Shown here piece by piece: positions 26,514 to 32,000 of a stretch of 32,000 nucleotides of DNA; position 1 is the stretch's first letter; each line of letters starts with the position of its first letter. The stretch is from Geotalea uraniireducens Rf4 (GTDB lineage: Bacteria > Desulfobacterota > Desulfuromonadia > Geobacterales > Geobacteraceae), in NCBI RefSeq assembly GCF_000016745.1, contig NC_009483.1, positions 3,300,001-3,332,000 on the forward strand, read 5' to 3'. The notes under the pieces are model-generated. The model was not told where the DNA came from. It saw nothing but the letters and a program-made list of their open reading frames with translations, and made no database searches. The position numbers and the translations under genes were made by a program.

Positions 26514-26717
26514 TTACGTTAACTGAACTCCTACAAAGTATCGAACAATAACAAAATCCCCATGCTCTTGCAAGAAAGAAAAGTACTATTTTCGATAATC
26601 TTTCGTCGTATTTACCGCCATTCTCCTGTTGCTTTTGCGATTAAATTATATTAGTATTCGTGACCGCCGCACATGGGCTTTCTGCCAAATTTCCCGTCAA
26701 AAAGGAGTCGAACCGCA

Positions 26718-28295
26718 ATGCTTGGCATAATGAGAAAATATAAACAATCGGTCCTCATCAAGATTGTTTTCTGCGTCATCGTCTTTTCCTTCATCGGCAC
26801 CATCTTCCTGGTCTGGGGAAGAGGCGACAAAACCGACAGCGGCGACTTTGCCGCTAAAGTCAACGGCACCAAGATCTCGTTCGATGAGTATCAAAAGAAT
26901 TATTACCGCATGAAGGGGATTTACGAACAGATTTATGGCCGTTCCATGACGCCGGAGATGGAGAAACAGCTGGGGATCAAGAAAACGGCCCTCGAGTCGC
27001 TTATCGACAACGCATTGATCCTCAAGGAAGCCAAACGGCTGGGGATCGATGTCAACCGGGACGAAATTTCAGCCGAAATAGCTAAAATGCCGGCCTTCCA
27101 GAAAGACGGCGTCTTCAATTTCGACCAGTACACCCAGATGTTGAAGGCAAACCGCATAACCCCGCAGAATTTTGAGGAGAGCATGGAAGAAGACATGCTC
27201 GTCAAAAAGACCCGCGAAAAAATCAAGGAGCGCGCCACTGTAAGCGATCAGGACCTGCTCCAGGCCTTCAAGAAACAGAACGACAAGATCGACCTCTCGT
27301 TCATCGCATTCTCTCCCGCAGAGGTCAAGGGTGAAGTCAAGGTCACCGATCAGGACCTGAACAGCTACCTCCAGGGGCACCAGGAAGAGTTCAAGACCCC
27401 GGAACAGCTGAGCATCGCCTACGCCGTACTCGATCCCGCCCAGTTTGCGGCAAAGCTGACCGTGAGCGATGAGGAAGCGCAGACTTACTATCAGAAAAAC
27501 ATCGACCGCTATCAGGGCAAAGGGGGAATACTTCCATTTGCCGAAGTAAAGGAGCAGGCCAAGGCAGACGCACTGAAGCTGAAAAGCACCAAGGAAGCCT
27601 ATGAAAAGGTGGCCGACGCCGTCAACAAGAACCTGAAAAACGCCGACATCAACGCCGCAGCAGCTTCCCTCGGAGTAAAGGTCCTCGAGACGCCGCTCTT
27701 CACGGAAAAGGCGCCGGCAACCGCCCTTGCAGGCGAAGCGGACGTGATCAAAAAGGCCTTATTCCTCAAGCAGGGTGAACTGGGAGGACCGGTTGAAACA
27801 AGCAAGGGGATTTACCTCATCAAGGTGAAAGAAAAGATTCCGGCTGCCGTACCGCCACTGGCGCAGATCAAGACCCAGGTCAGCCAGAAGGTTGCCGAAG
27901 AAAAAGCCCGCGAACTGGCGAAGAAAAAGGCTGAAGAAGCGCTGGCACAGTTGACGAAAGGCAGCGCCGTGAAACTTCAGGAGACCGGCAGCTTCGGCTA
28001 CGCCCCCACCGGCGTCGTTCCCCGGATCGGCACCTCGGCGGACCTGATGGAAGCAGCCTTCGCCCTGACCACGGCCGCTCCGGCAGCAAAGACACCGTTC
28101 AAGGTTGGCAACAGCTGGTATGCCGTGAAACTCAAGCAACGCACCGAAGCCAACACAGCCGATTTCCAGAAGAGCAAGGAGCAGCTTAAACAGGCCCTCC
28201 TCCCCAAAAAGCAGCAGGAAACCCTGGACAACTGGCTGAAAGAGCTGAAGAGCAAGGCAAAGATTGTTATCAACCCGGCCATAACTGCCGACTAA
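26718..28295 (+). CDS. ppiD: PpiD-like periplasmic chaperone / parvulin-type PPIase-domain protein
   Basis: From the ATG at 26718: MLGIMRKYKQSVLIKIVF... is an N-terminal signal-anchor typical of PpiD. A SurA_N-like region and a degenerate rotamase segment (GELGGPVETSKGIYLIKV) follow. AAGGAG SD. Confidence 0.75.
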   Translation: MLGIMRKYKQSVLIKIVFCVIVFSFIGTIFLVWGRGDKTDSGDFAAKVNGTKISFDEYQKNYYRMKGIYEQIYGRSMTPEMEKQLGIKKTALESLIDNALILKEAKRLGIDVNRDEISAEIAKMPAFQKDGVFNFDQYTQMLKANRITPQNFEESMEEDMLVKKTREKIKERATVSDQDLLQAFKKQNDKIDLSFIAFSPAEVKGEVKVTDQDLNSYLQGHQEEFKTPEQLSIAYAVLDPAQFAAKLTVSDEEAQTYYQKNIDRYQGKGGILPFAEVKEQAKADALKLKSTKEAYEKVADAVNKNLKNADINAAAASLGVKVLETPLFTEKAPATALAGEADVIKKALFLKQGELGGPVETSKGIYLIKVKEKIPAAVPPLAQIKTQVSQKVAEEKARELAKKKAEEALAQLTKGSAVKLQETGSFGYAPTGVVPRIGTSADLMEAAFALTTAAPAAKTPFKVGNSWYAVKLKQRTEANTADFQKSKEQLKQALLPKKQQETLDNWLKELKSKAKIVINPAITAD

Positions 28296-28300
28296 GGGCC

Positions 28301-28444
28301 GTTCTACGTTCTACGTTCTACGTTCTACGTTCTACGTTCTACGTTCTACGTTCTACGTTCTACGTTCTACGTTCTACGTTCTACGTTCGAGGTTCGAGGT
28401 TCGAGGTTTCAGACTTACAACTTAGAACATAGAACTTAGAACAT
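28301..28444. repeat. Tandem heptamers (GTTCTAC)x12 + (GTTCGAG)x3, followed by four inverted heptamers (TTAGAAC-type)
   Basis: Exact 7-bp period from 28301 to 28405. The reverse complement of 28411-28443 reads GTTCTAA GTTCTAT GTTCTAA GTTGTAA. The array starts 5 nt after the ppiD-like stop. Confidence 0.95.
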
Positions 28445-28463
28445 TATTTATAAGGAGAAAGCC

Positions 28464-29354
28464 ATGAGCAAACTGGTTCTTACAACCGACTTCCCCGACC
28501 TGAAACTGGCCGCACGGGGCAAGGTGCGCGACATCTATGACCTGGGAGAGACGCTCCTCATCGTTACCACGGACCGCATTTCCGCCTTTGACGTCATCAT
28601 GAACGAGGGGATTCCCGACAAGGGGTACGTACTTACCCAGATATCGGCCTTCTGGTTCCGGCAGATGGAAGATATCATCCCGAACCATATCATCTCCACG
28701 GAGGTCAAGGATTTTCCCGCCGAGTGCCAAAAGTACGCGGATGTTCTCGAAGGGCGCTCCATGCTGGTGAAAAAGGCCAAGCCGCTCCCCGCGGAATGCA
28801 TCGTCCGCGGCTACATTTCCGGCTCCGGGTGGAAGGATTACCAGGCAACCGGCTCCGTATGCGGCATCACACTGCCTGCTGGATTGAAGGAATCGGACCG
28901 GCTCCCCGAGCCGATTTTTACCCCGTCGACCAAGGCAGAGCTCGGCACCCACGACGAGAACATCTCTTTCGAGAAAATGGTCGATATGTGCGGCAAGGAC
29001 ATTGCCGAAAAGGTGCGGGACATCACCCTGAAAATCTACAAGAAGGCCCGCGACATCGCCGACGGCAAAGGGATCATCATTGCCGACACCAAGTTCGAAT
29101 ACGGCATCTACGAGGGTGAACTGATCATCATCGACGAGTGCATGACCCCCGACTCCAGCCGCTTCTGGCCGAAAGACAGCTACCAGCCTGGCGGGCCGCA
29201 GCCGAGCTTCGACAAGCAGTTCCTCCGCGACTACCTGGAGACCCTCGACTGGGACAAGACTGCCCCTGCCCCTCCCCTCCCCGAGGAGATCGTCAGGAAG
29301 ACCGGCGAGAAGTACATGGAAGCGCTGGTGAAGCTCACCGGCAAGGGGAAGTAG
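28464..29354 (+). CDS. purC: Phosphoribosylaminoimidazole-succinocarboxamide (SAICAR) synthase
   Basis: 296 aa. GKVRDIYD.....[12 protein letters not shown]......IP.KG..L...S.FWF are canonical PurC motifs. AAGGAGA SD. Confidence 0.97.
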   Translation: MSKLVLTTDFPDLKLAARGKVRDIYDLGETLLIVTTDRISAFDVIMNEGIPDKGYVLTQISAFWFRQMEDIIPNHIISTEVKDFPAECQKYADVLEGRSMLVKKAKPLPAECIVRGYISGSGWKDYQATGSVCGITLPAGLKESDRLPEPIFTPSTKAELGTHDENISFEKMVDMCGKDIAEKVRDITLKIYKKARDIADGKGIIIADTKFEYGIYEGELIIIDECMTPDSSRFWPKDSYQPGGPQPSFDKQFLRDYLETLDWDKTAPAPPLPEEIVRKTGEKYMEALVKLTGKGK

Positions 29355-29378
29355 GATAAGATACAGATAAGAGACGGG

Positions 29379-29413
29379 AAAAGCCCCGGTCGGAAACGGC
29401 CGGGGCTTTTTAT
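29379..29413 (+). terminator. Rho-independent terminator of purC
   Basis: AAGCCCCGGTC-GGAAAC-GGCCGGGGCTT followed by TTTTATT. Confidence 0.85.
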
Positions 29414-29454
29414 TATCTACTCGAAACAGACGATGCCGCATTGCCACAGTACGC

Positions 29455-30813
29455 TCAGAAATCCAGCGGGCTTTTTGGCTCCTTCACCGTTCTGACCGGC
29501 ACGCAGTGGGTGTAGATCATGGTCGTCTTCAGGCTGGCGTGTCCCAAAAGCTTCTGAATGACGCGGATGTCGTAATTGGCTTGCAAGAGGTGGGTGGCGA
29601 AGGAGTGGCGGAAGATGTGGGATGTAACCCGCTTGGGGATTTTCGCCCGGCGAACGGCATGGTAGAGCGCTTCCTGCAGCTCCGACTCGTGAAGATGCCA
29701 GCGCCGCCGCTCACCGGTCTCTTCCACCATTGTCAGCGATTGCTGCGGGAAAAACCACTGATGGATGAACTCCTTCGCCGCATTGGGATATTTCCTTTCC
29801 ACCGCATCGTCCAGAAACACCCCGTCGTATCCGGCAACCAGATCCCGGTCATGCAACACACCAACCCGCTTGATTTGCGCCTTCAGCTCCGTCAGGATTG
29901 ATTCCGGCAGTGGTACGGTCCGATCCTTTTTCCCCTTGCCGTGAACTGTAAGAATATTGACGTCAAAATTGAAATCCCGCACACGCAGTTGCAGTCCCTC
30001 AAACAACCGCAGACCACAGCCAAACAGCATCTTGACAACTAGATTGTATGGATGGGAGAGCTGCTCCAGAATGGCGTCGATTTCCAGTCGGGAAAGCACC
30101 GCCGGGATATAAAGTGACTTTTTCGCCCGCGGCACGTCTCGCAGCTCGCCGAAATCTCTTTGCAAGGCATGGCGGAAGAGAAACAGCAGGGAGTTGAATG
30201 CCTGATTCTGGGTTGAGGCCGCGACATGGCATTTAACCGCCAGATAGGTCAGGTATTCCTTCACATCTGCGGTTGACAGCTCTTGCGGTGGCTTGTTCTT
30301 CAGAAAGCGCTGGAACTGCCTCGACCAAAGTGCGTAAGTTTTCAAGGTTTTGCGGGAATAATGGCGCACCTTGATCTCCTCTGCCAGTTTCTCCAAAACC
30401 GCATCCCACTCTGAGGAGTCGGACTTATCCTGGTACCCTGCCGGAGTATAAAAGGATTTGCGCTTGTATGCAGCCGGGATTTGCGGCAGATCAGAAACCG
30501 GGTTTAACGATGACTGCGAATCTGTCCCATCGGCTGTTTCTTTACTAAGCATTTCCAGGCTTAGCATTTCAAAATATAGAAAAACGGCATGGATAGCCTG
30601 CTGACGCTGCTGTGCCGTCTGCTTCTTTTCTAGTAACTTTTCTCCGAACAGACGAATTCGCTCTTTTTTAGACTCTGGTAGTGGATATTTAGAACAGAAA
30701 TCGAGGAAATACCGCAACCATTTCTTGTATTCGTTATATCGGGAGGGTTGGATTTCCTTTTTGTTGAGGATCGCCTCAAATTGGCTCATAACAGCATTCG
30801 GAATAGTAATCAT
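29455..30813 (-). CDS. intI: Integron-integrase-type (IntI-like) tyrosine recombinase with ~140-aa extra N-terminal domain
   Basis: 452 aa. Catalytic residues lie in the contexts GLRLFEGLQLRVRD, HIFRHSFATHLL, LLGHASLKTTMIYTH. The IntI-specific insertion GVFLDDAVERKYPNAAKEFIHQWFFPQQ...RRRWHLHESELQ resembles IntI1 ALERKYPRAGHSWPWFWVF...RRHHMYDQ (from memory). The extra N-terminus (aa 1-~85) looks like a second SAM-like core-binding domain. Confidence 0.8.
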   Translation of the reverse strand: MITIPNAVMSQFEAILNKKEIQPSRYNEYKKWLRYFLDFCSKYPLPESKKERIRLFGEKLLEKKQTAQQRQQAIHAVFLYFEMLSLEMLSKETADGTDSQSSLNPVSDLPQIPAAYKRKSFYTPAGYQDKSDSSEWDAVLEKLAEEIKVRHYSRKTLKTYALWSRQFQRFLKNKPPQELSTADVKEYLTYLAVKCHVAASTQNQAFNSLLFLFRHALQRDFGELRDVPRAKKSLYIPAVLSRLEIDAILEQLSHPYNLVVKMLFGCGLRLFEGLQLRVRDFNFDVNILTVHGKGKKDRTVPLPESILTELKAQIKRVGVLHDRDLVAGYDGVFLDDAVERKYPNAAKEFIHQWFFPQQSLTMVEETGERRRWHLHESELQEALYHAVRRAKIPKRVTSHIFRHSFATHLLQANYDIRVIQKLLGHASLKTTMIYTHCVPVRTVKEPKSPLDF

Positions 30814-30986
30814 TTATCGGCTCCAAGTTGAGAAGGCTCTCAGCTCAACGACGTCAGGTTGTCACATGTCATCCCTATCAAAAATACTTTGATGGTGTCA
30901 ATAGGATACATTAATAAAAACAATTTGCATCAGCTTCTATTATGTTATAAGTTGCCTGAATTAATAGGGCATTTCGGAGTGAGAGA

Positions 30987-31373
30987 ATGAAGACTCGGCT
31001 TAAATTGAAACCTGGTCAGAAAGGGACCAAAGGGCTTGTTGATGTCTATGGTGATGCTTTGGTTTGTGTTCGATACAGGTATGACGAGGAAAGTTGCTCA
31101 CGAATAAAAACTGTGGAGATCATTGTAGAGAAAAAGGACTGGACTCCCCCGAAACCGAGGTTTGCCGACGATGAGCTTGTTCCGGTGCGAATCGCATACA
31201 CTGAAAGCGAATTGAAAAGTATGGCAAAGTTGGCTGGCGGCAGGTGGGACCCGGGAAAAAGGTTATGGTCCATCCAGTTCGGAACGATTAAAGGCACAAA
31301 ACTGGAAAAGCATATAGTAATAGATGCCAAATTGGATAATGGAATAAATGAAAAAACAGGCAAAAGCATATAA
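30987..31373 (+). CDS. Hypothetical protein, 128 aa (C-terminal AGGRWDPGKRLW motif, DUF5710-like)
   Basis: GGAG SD lies 9 nt upstream. It is divergent from the recombinase. The LVCVRYRYDEE and AKLAGGRWDPGKRLWSI motifs recall a small domain found on mobile-element proteins (from memory, unverified). Confidence 0.55.
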   Translation: MKTRLKLKPGQKGTKGLVDVYGDALVCVRYRYDEESCSRIKTVEIIVEKKDWTPPKPRFADDELVPVRIAYTESELKSMAKLAGGRWDPGKRLWSIQFGTIKGTKLEKHIVIDAKLDNGINEKTGKSI

Positions 31374-31449
31374 TATTAGATACCTTACAGGCATATAATA
31401 CTAGATGCTGGCATATAGTATTATAAACAAGCATCTAATAATAGATGCC
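31310..31449. repeat. Array of five 18-19 bp palindromic direct repeats (iteron/operator-like)
   Basis: GCATATAGTAATAGATGCC (31310), GCATATAATATTAGATACC (31366), GCATATAATACTAGATGCT (31391), GCATATAGTATTATAAACA (31411) and GCATCTAATAATAGATGCC (31431). The last has perfect 7-bp arms GCATCTA/TAGATGC. Spacings are 56, 25, 20 and 20 bp. Confidence 0.8.
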
Positions 31450-31528
31450 ACATGCTAACTGCTCAATAACACGTTGAGCAAATAATATAAAGAAATTAGG
31501 ATGTTACGCCACTTTATGAGGCTAACGA

Positions 31529-32000
31529 ATGACATTACAGCAGATCATAGCGCGTGGATACGAACAGAGAACAGCGAACAAGCCGTTGCCACCGTATATG
31601 TGGAAGGCCGCCGGACGAATCTCGGTTTGTCGGACGTCAACTCTTGGCGGCCACGTGCAGGCGTGCCCTGAGGGGCACGTTGAAAGGCACTGGTACAACT
31701 CCTGCCGGCACCGCGCCTGTCCCGTCTGCAACTATACTGCCACCGAACGATGGCTTGACAGCCAGAAAGAACGAATCCTCAACTGCGAACATTTTCATGT
31801 TGTTTTCACGCTGGACAGTGCGCTTGATCGCCTCTGGCTCGTCAATGTCCGGGCCATGACCAACATTCTTTTCCAGTCGGCCCGCGACACGCTCTTTGAA
31901 CTTTTGGGTGACGATAAATACCTGGGCGCCGAACCGGGCGTGATCATGGCGCGCCATACCTGGGGGCAGATGCTCGGCCTTCATCCGCATGTTCACTGCC
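31529..32000 (+). CDS. IS91-family (Y2 HUH, rolling-circle) transposase, N-terminal 157 aa, runs off the window
   Basis: Own translation (the ORF is open to the window end, so it is absent from the track): MTLQQIIARGYEQRTANKPLPPYMWKAAGRISVCRTSTLGGHVQACPEGHVERHWYNSCRHRACPVCNYTATERWLDSQKERILNCEHFHVVFTLDSAL...ARHTWGQMLGLHPHVHC. It shows the zinc-binding domain plus the HTWGQ..LHPHVHC HUH block typical of IS91/IS801/ISCR transposases. Confidence 0.9.
   Translation, partial: MTLQQIIARGYEQRTANKPLPPYMWKAAGRISVCRTSTLGGHVQACPEGHVERHWYNSCRHRACPVCNYTATERWLDSQKERILNCEHFHVVFTLDSALDRLWLVNVRAMTNILFQSARDTLFELLGDDKYLGAEPGVIMARHTWGQMLGLHPHVHC

Larger units (their letters stand above)
29420..32000. mobile_element. 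Left part of a putative mobile region/genomic islet downstream of purC (recombinase, small ORF, repeat array, IS91-family element); right end outside the window
   Basis: Housekeeping synteny ends at the purC terminator. A recombinase and a transposase follow, with AT-rich intergenic DNA. The exact left boundary is not identifiable. Confidence 0.55.

Noticed and set aside
28422-29447. 341-aa minus-strand ORF antisense to purC.
   Set aside because: It fully overlaps a canonical purC whose translation has unmistakable family motifs. Its own product is low-complexity (rich in R/G/L/V), as expected for antisense frames in GC-biased coding DNA.
29355-29454. A tRNA or tmRNA gene as the integration target at the island junction.
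   Set aside because: No T-arm-like GGTTCGAAT/GGTTCAAAT box or cloverleaf-compatible sequence occurs here or anywhere else in the window. The interval holds only the purC terminator and about 40 nt of unremarkable sequence.
31374-31528. An attC recombination site following the 128-aa ORF, which would make it an integron cassette.
   Set aside because: Only a GTTGAGC (GTTRRRY-like) box is present, at 31473-31479. There is no matching RYYYAAC R'' box and no attC-type imperfect palindrome spanning the interval. The dominant structure is instead a direct array of 18-mers.

Overview
This looks like a chromosomal segment from a Gram-negative anaerobe. The gene content and repeat families look Desulfuromonadales/Geobacter-like, but that is only a taxonomic guess. 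Most genes are on the minus strand. From left to right they are: a response regulator and PAS histidine kinase pair; a CDC48/VCP-type double AAA+ ATPase preceded by two genes I cannot assign to any family; a methyl-accepting chemotaxis protein (MCP); a flavin reductase-like protein; a spermidine-synthase-like methyltransferase; a GreA/B-like factor; a plsC-rnhA-HNH-HAD-membrane protein string; a second PAS histidine kinase; and an AmmeMemoRadiSam-type radical SAM enzyme. The cell-shape cluster follows. In it, mreB is separated from mreC-mreD-mrdA-rodA by five sugar-nucleotide/LPS-core genes, and the cluster ends in a GTDC1/DUF3524-like glycosyltransferase. A ppiD-like gene and purC lie on the plus strand. 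From about 29.4 kb to the window end there is the edge of a mobile region: an IntI-type tyrosine recombinase with an extra N-terminal domain, a small ORF, an array of five 18-19 bp palindromic repeats, and a truncated IS91-family Y2 transposase. The non-coding DNA is unusually rich in structured repeats. (1) Two inverted copies of a G/C-rich hairpin element bracket the CDC48 gene. (2) Tandem heptamer arrays sit on or next to stop codons at five loci, and at three of them they fold into slippable hairpins. (3) Heptamers phased at 10 bp and bounded by inverted repeats occur at two loci. (4) A roughly 240 bp palindrome sits in an 820 bp gene-free gap, next to a small zinc-ribbon ORF absent from the supplied track. 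No rRNA, tRNA or CRISPR array was seen. All functional calls come from reading the translations, with motifs and families recalled from memory, not from a database search. Several ORF-track starts are TTG/GTG or upstream extensions, and I adjusted them where an ATG with a Shine-Dalgarno sequence (SD) was evident.
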